Shown here: piece by piece, positions 27,386 through 42,099 of the stretch
How the letters are laid out: the number at the start of each line of letters is the position of its first letter
Numbering within the stretch: position 1 is the stretch's first letter
Assembly: GCA_951406725.2 (NCBI GenBank)
Contig: OX597814.1
Span: forward strand, 62,558,001 to 62,622,000
DNA: 64,000 nt
Direction: 5' to 3'
Source of the DNA: Octopus vulgaris
Lineage: Eukaryota
Translations under genes and position numbers: made by a program
Notes under the pieces: generated by a model
Told to the model about the DNA's origin: nothing
Seen by the model: only the letters and a program-made list of their open reading frames with translations
Database searches by the model: none

Positions 27386-28175
27386 GTGGGTAGAAATCAA
27401 TCGAGGAGGAGAAGGAAGAGCATTTTAAACGAGGACAAGTTCAGCAAGGCAGAGTGGTTTAGAGAAGAGAGTTCAAATATGGAAATTCTACATGGTCGCC
27501 CAACTCAGTAGAAATAATAGTCAAATCTCCTAAAATTACAACTTAGCATCTTAGAAAGAAATGAAGTATTCCAAGATGTATAAAAAGAAACAGGCACATC
27601 TGGAACACCTTTCATCAGCTGCTCTATTGGAGTTGATCTGGGGTCAAACAACACTCCTTACTGCATGAACCAAAGAATATTCATCTTTTTATATTAACGG
27701 CACTTTGCTTCTCTCTGTCTCTCCCTCGTTCTTTATCATACTCATGAACACACACGCACTCGTATGTGTTTAGCGCACAGACTAAGCTCACTACAAGCTA
27801 GATTAACAAAAGAAAAATGTTCCAAGTACACGAATGTACACCTTATTAATACAAGGACTCGCAACATCTCACAACACAGACTCCCATAGATGCATGCACG
27901 CGAATAGAACTAATAGGTCTGCGTATACAATGTTAAAGCCTGTAAACGAAAACACATGTAGTACAATCTAAATAAGCATATTGAAATATAATTATAATTC
28001 TTTAAGAGATTACACGGAAAACATTTCTGGGATTGTAATTAACTTGATATTTTTACAATCATAATATATGTACGTATGTATTGCAAAATGCAATAACAGA
28101 TGCGATTGTAACTTTCTGACCGATTATATGCCAAAACCAGGAATATACTACTCGACAATATAAAAGTATAATTGC

Positions 28176-30600
28176 TCAAATTCTATTTTCCTCTAGTACT
28201 AGGCGCGTGGAATTGGTGATGAAGGTAGTCTTGAAGCGTTCATTTATCCGTTCTCTATGTTTCTCTACCCAGTGTTTGATTGCTTCTAGGCCTAAAGTGT
28301 GAAGTATATTAGTATAGAGATCGGTGACATCAAAACTTGCGAGTATAGTACCTTCTGCGACAGAGGGAAGGATGTGTTGGATGAAGTATATGCCATCCCG
28401 TACATAGCTGGGTATTAAAGGGTACAAGCTTGAGGTCCAGCAACGATTGGTCTTAGTTTGAGGTCAGCAGGCCTTAATATATTTACGTACTGGTTCTTCT
28501 GCCTATTTATGGCACTTTGAATTTCGGAGCTTTTGTAGATTTGGGGTAATCCGTAGAAATTGCTCTCTTTGATTACCGAGTTGCATATATAATCTTTCTC
28601 CTTGTTTGTGAAGGAATCTTGGAATTCATTGATTAGTCTTCTGATTTTATTCATTATTGTTTTTCCCGAATGTCTTCGTTTTTCCTTGTAGTAGAATTGG
28701 AAATGTTGTTAACATTTCCAATATTTTATCTTTATAATAGTCCTTTTCCATGATTACTATCGCCCCTCCCTTATCGGCTTCTTTTAGGAAGATTGGGTTG
28801 TCAGTCTTCAGTGTTTGTAAGGCCTCCTTTTCTTCTTCACGAAGGTTTTGTTTGCATATATGGGTATTTAGGGGAAATTTAGAAATTCGTGTCTATATAC
28901 GCGTCTAAATATTTCTCCTTTCCCTTGTAGGGGCTGAAGCGGGATTTATTTCTGACTATTGATTCATCATTTAAATCCTTATTGTTGAAGAATTCTATAA
29001 TTCGGAGGTGCCGGTTGAAATGTTCAATATCAGATTTCAGTTCAATGAGATTAGGGGTGGATGTCGGGGTAAACTTGAAACCTTTTAATATGAGGTTGAT
29101 CTTATTCTTGTTGAGGTTCCTATTTGACAAATTTATGATCTTCGGGTCTATATCTTATGTGTGTTTAGTTAAATTTTGTGTATTATCGGATCCGGTGCGT
29201 GGTTTTGGTATTTTCTTCCTAAAACAGGAATTCTGTTACCACGTCTCCGTTTTCTGATCTCGGCGTTCTGGTTTCCATGTTGGTGAGAGGATGGTTCATG
29301 TCTTTTATACGAATTCCGTTGGTTATAAGTTTTCTTTTCTTCTCATCTTCCATGCTTTTTTCGCCATTCAGGGTAAATGGGATTTTTGGTCGTAAATCGT
29401 GGTTTGCTTGAGTTATGATGATTATTATTCCTATTATAGTACCTGTGCTGTCTATATTTTATTTGTTTTTTCTTCCCATGTATTCATCCATCTGGGGTAC
29501 ATGTTATTACGGGTTGGTGGTTGTTTGTATGTTATTTGTATTTCATGTCCTTTTTCCTTTGTATGTGTTTGGACTTATGGGTTGATGGTTGTCTTCTATA
29601 TTTCATTTGTTGGTTATTTGCAATGTTATGTATTGTAGAATATGGGTTTCTAGTCTGTACTTGGGGTGAGATAGAGGTAATTTCCGCGTATGTTCTTGGG
29701 TAACTAGAGGTTTGATACCTCAGTTCGGTTCCTCTGGGGTTAGTGTCTATGTTTGTTTTCGATTTCCTCGTATTTCTTTGTTGTTGTGGTTTCGTTTTCA
29801 TAATGGATTTGTCTCCATAGTTTTTTTCATAGTTAGTGAACCACTCTTGTTTTTCCCACATTTTTATGGATTTTTCTTCTTCCTGCTTTGTATCTTCCTT
29901 TCATTTTTTTGCAGTTTTTCATGACATTGATTATCGCTCGCTCAGCAATTTCAGCAAACATAATTGCGTCAATATTTTTCACTTTATCTTCGTGTCTTGT
30001 TTTTCGCAATTATAGTAGAGTTATTTCTGTTTCCAGTCGGCATAGAGCTAAATTCGCACGTATCCTTGTCTCTTCCAGTGATTCATTTCTTATTTCTTTA
30101 ATAAGAAATTTTCTGGGCAGGGTTGGGCTTTCTTTACTTCGCCAATTCTGACAGGCGTTTGCTGTATTGTTGCATCGAATGCTCTTCCAATATGCATGTT
30201 TCCTTTGATTCAAGAGTTTCTTCTAGAGATATGGTTTAAAGGTATTGTGTTGTTGTACTTTTAGAGAGGTAGTTTCAAGTGAGTTTGTTCTTACTACTTT
30301 CTTATTGTTTGTCTCTGTTGTTGGATCACCTTCTGTATGGGTACCATTCACAGTTCTATCTGTATTCGTGAAATACTGTATTCTTGAAATAAGTAAATTT
30401 AACTGTATTCTTGAAATAAGTAAATTTAACTTATTATATATTTCTGTGAGAAGTTCTGTAGTTTTGGCGTTTCTCGGCTGCAAGTTTGATTGTGTTCCAT
30501 TCATTCTGGCATCTTGTACATCTAAGGAGATATGTATAGAGTGTTAGGTGTGATGTACAGAATTGAATATTGAGGAAAAAAAGTCGTCAGAATTTTGGAA
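28176..30600 (-). mobile_element. Penelope-like element, 5' part with long N-terminal region, truncated within RT
   Basis: LILKGFKFTPT, KEADKGGAIVIM, FYGLPQIYK, LRPIVAGP, SYVRDG, LASFDVTDLYTNI. Confidence 0.9.
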
Positions 30601-30812
30601 AAAAAAATCCTTTTATTTCTTCATTATTATTAGCCCTTTCGTTCCTTTCTAGAATTTGTCAAATATAATTTTGTGAATGTACAACCAACTTGTTAATTTA
30701 TATAAAACAAATGTTTTTTTGGGGTTTTGTTCAGAAGAGAACGTTGTTTTTTTTTGTGAGGTTCCAAGACAATGGAGATGGATAGATAGAAATATAGGTA
30801 GGTAGATAGGCT

Positions 30813-30885
<73 letters not shown>

Positions 30886-31189
30886 ATATATAGATATATA
30901 GATAGATAAATGGATAGATAGATAGTCAGACAGATAGGCAGATGGGTAGAGGAACAAAGAGAGAGAAGGATTATCCACCTTCCTATTCACCATTCACTCA
31001 TTTATTTATTTTTCCTTTACTATTGTATTGGAATGAGTTTAAGGATGGTGACCACCTAAAAAAATTATAAAAAAACAGGTGTGGTTTGGTCATCACTGAA
31101 ACTTTATTTGCTTTCTTTCGATCTCTCTTTTTTCCCTTTCTTCTTTCCTTTTTCCTTCCTTTTTCATCCTTTCTTTCTTTTTCTCCTCT

Positions 31190-31310
31190 TTGAGAATCCA
31201 TTCTAAACGTTCGAACACTATAAGGACACCATAATTCATCCGTCGGGTTCAAAACATTGATGATGATACTGGAAAATCAATGAGGACCATTGCCAAAGAA
31301 CTTTTAGGAT
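31190..31310 (+). mobile_element. Small maT/mariner N-terminal fragment
   Basis: RTP*FIRRVQNIDDDTGKSMRTIAKEL (HTH region). Confidence 0.45.
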
Positions 31311-32329
31311 TGTTCCATCAGCTATCAATACATGGAATTTTCTTCTTTTCAAACCCCTGAACGTATAAAAGTATTTTAAAAGTATGAGGTTCCATTTGCT
31401 AATCACATTGTTGTTGTTGTTGTTGTTGGTGGTGGTTAGTCAAGAGGTCGCTGTCCAAGGATATTCAAGTTTTAAAGTTTTCCTAATTGTCGCGCATTGA
31501 TTTTCGCCGTTCTGAGCTACCACACAAAATGAGAACAATGTTCAGGGGATTAAAAAAATATTTACAGTAGTTTTGAATGCTGTATCTCTACATATCTATA
31601 CTCACCATCAGATGTATTTTCAGAATATATATATATAGCTTTAGCTTAGCTATAGCTTACTATAGCTTACTATCCTGGTTCAAAAATTGTGAAAAAAAGA
31701 CCGCACCTAATATTCAAACTTTTTCACCTTATCCCCTTTTTGATAACCGTTGCACAAGAAAAAAGGCTTTTGAGTAAGTGAATTCTTGTGTTCTGTTATG
31801 GTTTTAGACCTTATTGTAAGATTAGAGAAGACGGGACGCTCAACAACTGTTGTTATTAAGTAATAGCTGCATAAATTTGATTGTTTTAAAAATAGACATG
31901 AATTTTTTGCAATTTTTCAATTTGTATTTTTTCTACATTGACTGAGTTAAAATAATTGATCGTTAGGAACTTGAGAGGGTGGGATTTAAAGAAACAGAAT
32001 TTCCAAAGTATTGTATCAAATCTATTTGGAATGATGTGCCTCTAAAAATGAAAGAAATTAAATATTTCGAAAATTTCGGAAATTGTCTAGAAATTTAAGT
32101 GATCATAAAATCTAATTGGTAACAAATATGGAGCTGAAATTTTCAGAAATTACTCCTCTCACCGATACTGACAAATGAGATAAAGTTGAACAAAATCTTC
32201 TCGACTGATCCTTATTGAATTTTAATGGCGTGATCCAAGTGTACATATCTGCATGCGCGCGCGCGTACATGCAACCATTTATATATGCGAGCTCGATTAC
32301 ATATAATAAATGTTTCTCCATTCACATTT

Positions 32330-32990
32330 CGTGAATCTAACTTCGACCAAGTAGGATTGATGTCATTAGACGATGTCCAACAATCATTGGGTGGTCACAC
32401 CCTGAACCATAACATTCTCACACTTGTGGGTGGATAATGGTAGCCAAATCATTTGTTCATCTTCTGCTCTCCTCTGTCTTGTTCCATAACCCTTAAGAAA
32501 CTCTTTCTACTGCCTACGACATCTTAGACACAGCTGCCTTACTCTCTCCTCCTCTTAATCCGTTGGCTGTAAAGGTTCTCCCTACCGGCTGGGCAGCAAA
32601 ATCCTCTGCAGCTAAATTCAACTGAGAAAAGCCTACCAGCCCTTCTTCCTGCAATCCTATAAAAGATTCTGGTATTTTGCGCTTTTTCATTTAAAATATT
32701 AATCACGCACTTTTTCCAATGAAACTGTAAGCTCCATAAGTATTATCTTCTGTGTCTCACCAAACCACAAAACAACATAATACCTCAGGGCTGTCTGGAC
32801 GACCTGGAGAAATTGCAGCTTTCTTCGTAGGTTTATATTCATAATCCATTATTGGGCATGTAGTAGTAATCTGGTTTTTCCTTCTGCTGTAGTCAATGAC
32901 TTTTTTACATCCCTCACAAACATGACTGATGGTGATGTTTTCCATTGTTCTTAAGGGTTCTTGTGTTTCTCATGTTCAAGAGTATGAGCG
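32330..32990 (-). mobile_element. HERO/NeSL-like non-LTR retrotransposon 3' fragment (RLE)
   Basis: LQFLQVVQTALRYYVVLWFGETQKIILMELTVS..KSAKYQNL..DCRKKGW, then a CRGF motif and AVERVS*GLW. Confidence 0.7.
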
Positions 32991-34141
32991 AAAGTTAAGT
33001 TTGAAAATGGGCGAGATGTTATAGTGCCATATAACGAAAAACAACAAAAGTCACTGTTTACACTTTGTCACCTAACTCTCTTTTCGCTCTGGCCCACTGC
33101 ACCAAACTGTAATTAAGCAAAATACGGAACAAGTTAGGGATATTCAAAGAGATTCTGAGATTTAATACCGTCATTAACTGGCGTTAAGTTTGCCTGTAAA
33201 TCATTTAGAGTAAAACGGCAAAAAAAAAAAAACCCAAAACAAACGAGACCAGCAACATTACATAAAAAATGAAGAAAAGACGGAAGTTTCTACGTAATCG
33301 CTGACTTTCCTAAAATTAACAGCCGAATTTTCTCTACGACAGCCTATTATGTCAGGAAATATATAAGGACATACTAGTTAGATCACTGCATTAGTATTAA
33401 TATCAGTTCATTCTGTTCAGATTGAGCTGCGAGTTGACATACTCCGTTTCAGCTGGCGGCGGTTGTGATTTTGGCGTCTCTCATGTACTTCTACTTGTTT
33501 AGATTAGTACCAATTTATACGTGTGTGTGTGTGTGTGTGTGTGTGAATCTGGTGTTTCATGCCGGGTATGAATATTCATGATCAATGAATACATTTTAAA
33601 GAGAGTCAGCACAATAGCACTTAGCGAAACTATCACAGAAAACGACTGAAATTTGCAGGTCACATACTCTGGTTTCCAGAGCGAAGCAAATGTAAAAGTG
33701 CGTGATTACGCTGTTAGTAATCGGTAGGCTTTTGGACACCAGTCTGCTCGAACAGAGCTAAACAGGGGCTAAATAACATCAACAACAGAAACATAGTCGA
33801 TAATAAAAACAAAAACGTCATCATCAACAGACAACAGCTACGATAGAAGCTATATAATTATGACGTGCATGAAACGTGAAGCCATACTGTATTTGAATTG
33901 AAAATTTAGATTGCTTTTAGCATTTAAGCTTCTGAAAATAACTTTCTCAATACGACTCAACCCACTATAAAACTACCGCCCCATTGGGGTTAAGTGACAA
34001 CATTCAGTTGCATGAAATATTTATTTAAAAACATGTAATGGCGAACAGAAAATTTACGAGATGTGATTTAGAAGCTCAGGTTTCCAATAGGCGAATGGAA
34101 TGGCCTCTGGTATGTATGTATCATTGTGCATGTATGGCAGC

Positions 34142-34212
<71 letters not shown>

Positions 34213-34282
34213 CGTGTGTGCGCGTGTATTACCAATCCAAACACGTAGTAGTACAAATGATATAAATGAATATGAATGTGTA

Positions 34283-34316
<34 letters not shown>

Positions 34317-34441
34317 TACACATATTTGCATATAACTGTGTTCGTATTTATACATGTAAGAATGTGTGCATGAGAACATCTGAAACGCACATAGATCTCT
34401 TTAGATCACTCACTCTCTCTCTCTCTCTCTCATTATAGATA

Positions 34442-35315
34442 CACAGGGTGCGGTGAATGAATAGTCTAAATTACGCAAAAATGAAAATAATATTGACATC
34501 TCATTTTAACAGATATATTTATCAAAAATTACATAGAAATATCTTGAAATATTAAAGAGTAAATTTATTCAATAAAATTGCCGTGGGCTTTAACCACGAC
34601 CTCCAGATGACTTTGGAATCCCTTGCAACTCTTCTGGACGGCCATCTTGTTTAAGTTGGTGAATGCTTCCATAATCCTTGCCTTCAGTTGTTACAAAGAG
34701 TTTTGTTGTTCTCTCGCTCAACTGCGCCCCACACATAATAATCAATTGGGTTGCAGTTTGGGGATTTAGGTGGTCAGACGTTAGGGGTGATGTGATCGTA
34801 GAAAATATCTGACAGCCATGACTGAGTTCTCCTGCTTGTATAGCAAGGTGCAGAGTCCTGTTGCCAGACATAGGATTTTCCAACAGCCATCCACCCCCTA
34901 GACCCATGGTAACATTACTTCCTCCTCCAGGTAGTTGATGTAGGCCTCCGTGTCGAGTATGAGGCCGTTTAGGAACATGAAAGGAGGCTTAACGTCGCGA
35001 TCACTAGTTATCACTCCAAACACGATGATGTTGACACGATGTTTGATTTTTATCATTCTTGGTACATGTCCTCAGATTGCACTATCTTCAGATTGACGCC
35101 CGACACTCTGAAATGTTCGTATTGGACTTTCCGGCGTGAATGCTAAGCAGTAGTTTTCAAATTTCTGGCAGAGTGAATTGCGTCATGGTGCAGTTTTGTT
35201 CCCAGACGGTGCCCAACTGACCCTACTATACTGTGTAGACGACAAAATCCAAAACAAACAGTGAGCATACACGAAATTAAAAATATGAAATGGCGACAAT
35301 CTATCCATCACACCT

Positions 35316-35319
<4 letters not shown>
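34442..35319 (-). mobile_element. maT/DD37D transposon, internally deleted
   Basis: Imperfect TIRs TA-CACAGGGTG / CACCTTGTG-TA; IVFGVITSDRDVKPPF..YVWQQDSAPCYTSRRTQSWL..PPKSPNCNPIDYYVW. Confidence 0.85.
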
Positions 35320-35374
<55 letters not shown>

Positions 35375-35547
35375 TAAGCAACAAAGATATCCAGAGGTAA
35401 TGCATTATCTCTGGATAACCTTATTTTGATTATAATCACTCCATTTTGAATTATATGGATGATACAATACTAAATTGTTTAACTTAAGTACCATATTCAA
35501 CTGAATCTAAATGTTTACTGAACTTATATATATATATATATATATTA

Positions 35548-36720
35548 TGGTGAAGACTTATGGTGAAACTCTCTGCAATGGGTGTAAGAGACGATCTCTA
35601 CAACTGGTTGTCACAGTTCTAGAACAGCACTCTTCACCCTATGAGATGACACCTGGTGTACCACAGGGATCTGTTCTTGGCCCCCTTTTATGTATTGCAT
35701 AAGTCAATGACATAGATGCCAACTTAAAGAATGCCACAATGCTGAAATATGTAGATGACATCAAGCTGTACCTCGAAATAAAAAGGTAAGATCCTGTACA
35801 CTATAGATCTTTATTGCAATCAGACAATGCAGCAGTGGATCATGGACTGGCAACTCAAGCTGGCTGTGGACAAATGCACCACCATGCATTTTGTGAGGAA
35901 AACCCCAGCGTCTACTTAATCCCTCCATAATACTAATCTCAAAAAGTCTTCTTCTGAACGTGACCAGGGCATTATTGTCGACAGCGATTTGCGTTGGACA
36001 AAACATATTGCTAAAATTGCCAAGAAGGCTGAGGGTGTCTTGGCATCACTCACCAAGTCCTTTGTGAGCCGCTCTCCGGCTATCTACCTGCGGCTTTATA
36101 TAGCTATGGTGCGACCTCACCTGGTCTGGAACCCTTATCTTGCCCAGGATATTAATCGACTGGAAGCCGTTTAGCAACGTGCAACCAAGAGAATACTCTC
36201 CATCAGGCATTTGCCATATTCTGAACGCCTTACTTCCCTGGGCATGGATACATTGAAACTCCGACGTCTGGCAGCTGACTTGGCAGACACCCATAAAATT
36301 ATTAACCATCTTACAAACAATAGCTCTGAGCACCTTTTCAAACTCCATCTGTCTAACACCCGTGGACATGTTTACAAAGTCAGAAAACAGCACAGCTCCC
36401 ATGACTTTCGGAAACATTTTTTCACGCTAAGAGTTGCTGAAGTATGGAACAAACTGCCGCTATCAGTTGTTAGCTGTCGGAGCACTGCATCCTTCAAAAC
36501 TGCCATGCTTCCTGAGATTCGCCAACACTACACTTGATTTTCTTCTCTCCATACACACACAAGCATGTATCTGACTCATACGCTGTTCACTTTCCAGACA
36601 TATGCACATTACTGCATTTGCACATTACTGCATTTGCACACTACTGCATATGCTTTATATGCACTTTTGACAAGTTGTGGTGCACCTGAGCACTGTATAC
36701 AATAATTTCATTATCATTAT

Positions 36721-36722
<2 letters not shown>
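35548..36722 (+). mobile_element. CR1-clade LINE, 3' ~1.2 kb
   Basis: GVPQGSVLGPLL, KYVDDIKL, MVRPHL, PYSERL..LRRLAADL, TRGH, FFTLRVAEVWNKLP; (ATT)n tail. Confidence 0.92.
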
Positions 36723-36752
<30 letters not shown>

Positions 36753-36995
36753 TGTATGTATGTGTGTGTGTGTGTGTATAAACAAAAATAAGAAGACATT
36801 AATGATATATGAAACCTTATTTTGCATTAATGTATCGAACATATATGTGTATATACATGTATGTGCGCATATGTATCATTGTATAAATACGGATACAGAT
36901 GTGTAAGTACAGGTATGGATAATGTTTCGTAAGTGACCTTGTTTGTGTGACTATACGTATATCTTTGTATGCATTCCATGTTTATTTTCTAGTGG

Positions 36996-37345
36996 GCCTT
37001 ACATATTTTCACAGTTGCATTAACGGCTTTTATTTGTAATTTCCCGAACCTTATGTTAACGTCAGGTGGTCGAATAGTTTTTACTATTTTCTACTGCAGA
37101 GCCATATTTCTGGCGTGCCTTACATATTTTCACAGTTGCATTAATGGCTTTTATTTGTAATTTCCCGAACCTTATGTTAACGTCAGGTGGTCAAATAGTT
37201 TTTACTATTTTCTACTACAGAGCCATATTTCTGGCGTGCCTTACATATTTTCACAGTTGCATCAACGGCTTTTATTTGTAATTTCTCTAACTTTATGTTA
37301 ACGTCAGGTGGCCAAATATAGTTCTTATTGTTTTCTACTACAGAG
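36996..37345. repeat. 121-bp minisatellite, about 2.9 copies
   Basis: gccttacatattttcacagttgcat recurs at 36996, 37117 and 37238. Confidence 0.95.
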
Positions 37346-37547
37346 GCATGTGTTTTTCCCATGTCCTGGCGGGAGACACGTCATACACTCACACACGCAC
37401 GTACATACACACACACACGCACACACAGACATACACACACGCACACACAGACATACACACACGCACACACAATACAAACATACAGCATATGTATGACTGC
37501 ATGTATTATATATATATATATGTCATGTACAAACATACACATATATA

Positions 37548-38360
37548 CGTGAAGGTAACCAGTGGTAACCGGAAATGTAGTTCAGGCTTCCGCCGCTAGA
37601 AACCCCTTGATGCGACCCTTAGGCACCAGTCTGCCTACTGGCGTCATGGACTGCAGTTGTACTGCCATGTGGTACGTCTTTGTTTTGCAGTGCTCTACCC
37701 TTGTTCGTCGATTTTTGCGATGACTGAAAAGAAGGAACAACGTGCTGGAGAAAACGGTGACCAAACAGTTGTCGTGCTTCAAACAGCTTACAAGGACGCT
37801 GCCATGTGCAAAACACAAGTTTACGAGTGGTTTTCACGCTTTAGGAATGGTTACTTGTCGCTTGAAGACCAATCTTGTTCAGGGCGACCGTCGACCTCCC
37901 GAACGAATGAAAATATCACGAAAATTCATGAACTGATCTTGGAGGATCGTTGCCGAACAATCGACAAACTTGTTGATATGAGTGGTGTGTCTTGGAGCTG
38001 CTGTCAACGAATTTAGTGCGAAGAATTAAGAATGAAAAGAGTTGCAGCAAAGTTTGTTCCTCGCTTGCTCACGGAAGATCAGAAGCAGTTACGACTGAAT
38101 GTATGACCTTTCTCAACAACCCTCCCAATTCACCTGATTTTGCTCCCTGTGACTTGTTTTTGTTCTTGCGAACGAAAAAAGTCCTTAAAGGAAAACGTTT
38201 TGCAGATGTGAAAGAAGTGAAGAATAAAACGACAGCAGCGTTAAAAGTCATCACTTCGCAAAAGTTCCAGGACTGCTTCGAACAGTGGAAAATACGCCCT
38301 TGGCCGATGCGTTGCTTCAAATGGAGAATACTTTGAAGGTAATAAAAGAGTAAACATATA
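37548..38360 (+). mobile_element. Mariner element with the catalytic core deleted
   Basis: MTEKKEQR..QVYEWFSRFRNG..SGRPSTS..AKFVPRLLT jumps to PPNSPDFAPCDLFLF..GEYFEG. Confidence 0.9.
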
Positions 38361-38369
38361 AAACTTATT

Positions 38370-38790
38370 CAGTGGCAAACCTCACCTCCACAGTGCCATA
38401 TCTTCTCCTTCTAATGTAGAAAGTCGCAGTACTTTTCACTTGTTCCATACATTTCTCTGATGCCATCTCCATTTTCTTATTGGTTATAGACAGCGTTTTA
38501 TATACCACTGTCCTCCTTCTCGTTCTGCTAGTTACTTCCTCTGGAGGGGTCAGCCTTAAACTTGACCCCGCCCTCTCTTTCAATTTTTACCTGCCGCACT
38601 TCCAGCGCATTCGTCGCGGTAGTACAGCTTCCAGCCGCCGAAGCATAGCTCTCGGCATGGGTTCTTTCCGGTTCGCCATTCATTTTTTTCCAAGTCTCTT
38701 CGCCCCCAAATGAGGAAAGAAAACAAACAAATACACAGGTCCAAAAGCAAAACAACAACAGTTTTCAACAAAATTCAACAATAGCACCTA
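38370..38790 (-). mobile_element. Probable LINE 5' end / ORF1 start
   Basis: GC-richer segment, MNGEPERTHAESYASAA..RTVVYKT..YGTVEVRFATE; SYASAA is typical of LINE ORF1 N-termini. Confidence 0.4.
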
Positions 38791-39233
38791 GATAAAGAAG
38801 AATATTTGACGGGATCACAAAGATTTAACCAAAAGCTATTATTTATCGTCGTTCGGTTAAGTCTATTCCCGCAGGGGGTGTCGCGACACTCGCCACAAAA
38901 CTATCTATATGCCCACTCACATAAACCGAAGCATATGAGTTGTATCAAGCATACTTCCACCGTTGTACATCTGTAGCAATGTCTGGCTGTGCTTTGCTGA
39001 AGTTTGGTCGTAAAAACTGGTTGTATTTTCGCTCTCCTTTGTTATTAAAACTTAAATAAATAAGATATATACAATTTCATTTCCTTTGTGTCCCTTTTAC
39101 TAACCTTACTAGATCGTTGTTGATGCCAGTTGGAATAGCGGCTGGAGTTATTGTTCCTCTTCCTCCTCTGCTCCTCTCCTCCTTCCCCTCCTCTCCCCTC
39201 CCCTTCCAACCCACCAACATATATATAAAACCA

Positions 39234-39287
<54 letters not shown>

Positions 39288-39293
<6 letters not shown>

Positions 39294-40535
39294 TGTTTCA
39301 CATGAAATGTCGCATTTTTAATTGTTATTTCAGTCATTTAAAAACTCAATTATGTATACCTTGCATTTTATCTTGACACTTTTTCTTTCCCAACAATATT
39401 GGTATACAAAATTCGTACCCACAGACCATATGAAAATAATAACAACCAAACTATGTTGAGTGAGTTTCTCGTATATGTACAAACTGGGTCACTCTGCCGT
39501 AGGAGCTCTTCGGAATATCAAGTGGGCCTTTGGTAATGGTTTTGTTGACATAAGAACTGTTCAGAGATGCTCCTAATCTCTCGTTCAGGAGATGATAGCC
39601 TTGAAAGCAAACCAAGGGTTAGCCAAAATCAGTTATTCGGCATAATGGTTTTAATGCTTTGGTAGAACAAAATCTGAGAGCAAAGGTTCGAAAACTTTCA
39701 TCAGAACTTCAAACATCTCGCAAAACTGTTTTTGGGCACTTGTAAAAAATTGGAAAAGTCAAGAAATCAGATTGGTTTGTTCCACATCAACTGAACAAGA
39801 TTAAAAAAAAATAACAGACGCCTCGAAGTTTACTCCTTATTGCTTTATCGACTGGAAAATACCATTTTTGTATCAAATCATTACTTGTGATGGGAAATGG
39901 ATACTCTTTGACAACAGCAGGAAAACAGGACAGTGATTAGATGCAGGAGAGTCACCTAAACACTACCCCAAAACACCATTGCACCCTAAAAAGTTAGTGG
40001 TCACTGTATGGTGGTCTGCGAAGGGAGTTATTCATTATTTATTTTTGCAACAAGGTAAAACGGTAACATCAACATCGTATTGCTAGGAAATTGGTTGTAT
40101 GCATGAGAATTTGAAAAAGAAGCAACCCGGACTAGTGAATAGAGATGGCCCAATTTTGCTCCAGGACAATGTACGTCCTCACACTTCTCAAGCTAACGTC
40201 CAAAAGTTGCAAAGCTTGAATTATGATATTTGGCAACATTCTCCCTATTCCCCTAATATCTCTCCTACTGATCATCACTTATTTAAGCATTTTGAGATTT
40301 TAATAAGCAATAAAACATTCTTAAATAAAGAAGAGGTAATTGAAGCATTCGGTTAGTTTATCACAACAAAAGATGATTTGTTTTTTTAAAGATGGACTAT
40401 ATGCATGGAGAAACGTTGGGTATACGTCATAAATGAACATGGATCATATTTTGATTAAATAATTCAATTCTCTAACACTTCTGAAACATTTTATTGTTAC
40501 CTTTCATATACAACATTTTATGTGAAACAACCAAA
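39288..40535 (+). mobile_element. Mariner (DD34D), full length, decayed
   Basis: TIRs GGTTGTTTCACAT(G/A)AAATGT(C/T)G; ITCDGKWILFDN, LLQDNVRPH, YSPNISPTDHHLF. Confidence 0.93.
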
Positions 40536-40857
40536 TATATATGATGGAGTGTAACTTTTAAACATTTTGTATTGAAAACACGACACGATTATGCTCCAGC
40601 TTTACTTTTTTGCTGGAACGTTTGCACATGTTTGTATGAATTTTTTCTAGGTTTCCGATAGTTCAACATATTCCAGTTTACCCATCACAAGCCATGTCGT
40701 CCACATATCTTGTGTATGATATATGTTGGTGATTTGGTACCAGTCTGTATATATTCTTTAGTATCTATTTAGAATGGCAAAGGGAGATTATATTATTTTA
40801 CTTTCTTCTCCTTGTTTCAGTCATTTGACCGTGGCCTACTTTATGATTTTTATATAT

Positions 40858-40894
<37 letters not shown>

Positions 40895-42068
40895 TTATAT
40901 ATATATGTTTATGTATATATGTATTAGCTATCTCTATATACGTATTTATGTGTGTGTGTTTGGGTGTATGTATATGTGACTATGTTATATGATATCACAT
41001 ACTTACAACCTGTTAGGCTTTTCCAATAAATTATAAAAGATTATAATGAGTAAGAAAAACTGAATATATTCTGAGCATCATCTTCGTTACTCCTCGATTT
41101 AAAATTCAAGCATGTAATCCCACTATGTTTAATCTTGAAATGTTTATCTCCCTTACAAGAACTAACTGCTGAAAACACAAGGTATAATAATTGTACTTTT
41201 GTATAAAATGGATTTGGAAGTATCTGATGACCTTATCTGATATGTATTCTTTTAAATGTATATAAACGAAAATTAGGTTTGTAAGTTGGCGAAACATAAT
41301 TACACCCATTACCGACTGCATAATTTACAGTTTATACTCTGTTACATTACGTTCTTTATCGATGGCCAGCAGCGACAATATTTGACAGACACAATGCAAA
41401 CTGGAAAATCCAATAAGAAACGTTTCAGAGATACTCTGAGATATTTTAAAAACTATGAATCATCAATAAGTGTTCATTTTGCCTGAAAATCATTTAACCT
41501 TATACAGCCAAATAAATAAATAGATAAATAAATAAATGAATAAAACAACGATAACAACACCATGCCAAGTCAAACAGGGGACGGCTATGTAGCAGTTCAA
41601 GCTGTTAGAAATAACGGTCTAAGTTAAAAAAAACAGCCACACCGTTTAAAATAGGACATATAAGTTAATGTTGTACTTGGTAGACTGGACCAAGTAAAAT
41701 ACGGAATGGTCACGACTGGGAAGTCTTTGGCTATAGGCTTAAGTAACAGTTAAGCCGAAACTACACAGCAACAATAACAACAATGATATCATAACCTTCT
41801 GTCATGAAATGTGATGACGTAGCGTATTTAAATTTCAAATTCAGCTTCTGAACACAATACCCCCAGCATGACTCAAAATCAATATGACCATACAACTCGA
41901 CTAAGGCTAAGAATCTGCCTAAGTCAATGTCTTCTCTTCACTCATTATTCGAACATTTATAGGCAGGAAACACTTATTTATTCAAACAAATATAATGGTG
42001 AGCAGAAAATTTACGAGATGTAATTTGAAAGCTTAGATTTCAATAGACGTAACATAGAATAGCCTGCA

Positions 42069-42099
<31 letters not shown>

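Noticed and set aside
32757-32945. Possible host exon ending GAG/GTATT
   Set aside because: Another frame gives clear RLE retrotransposon motifs
36996-37345. CRISPR-like array
   Set aside because: Contiguous tandem units with no unique spacers; eukaryotic context; no cas genes
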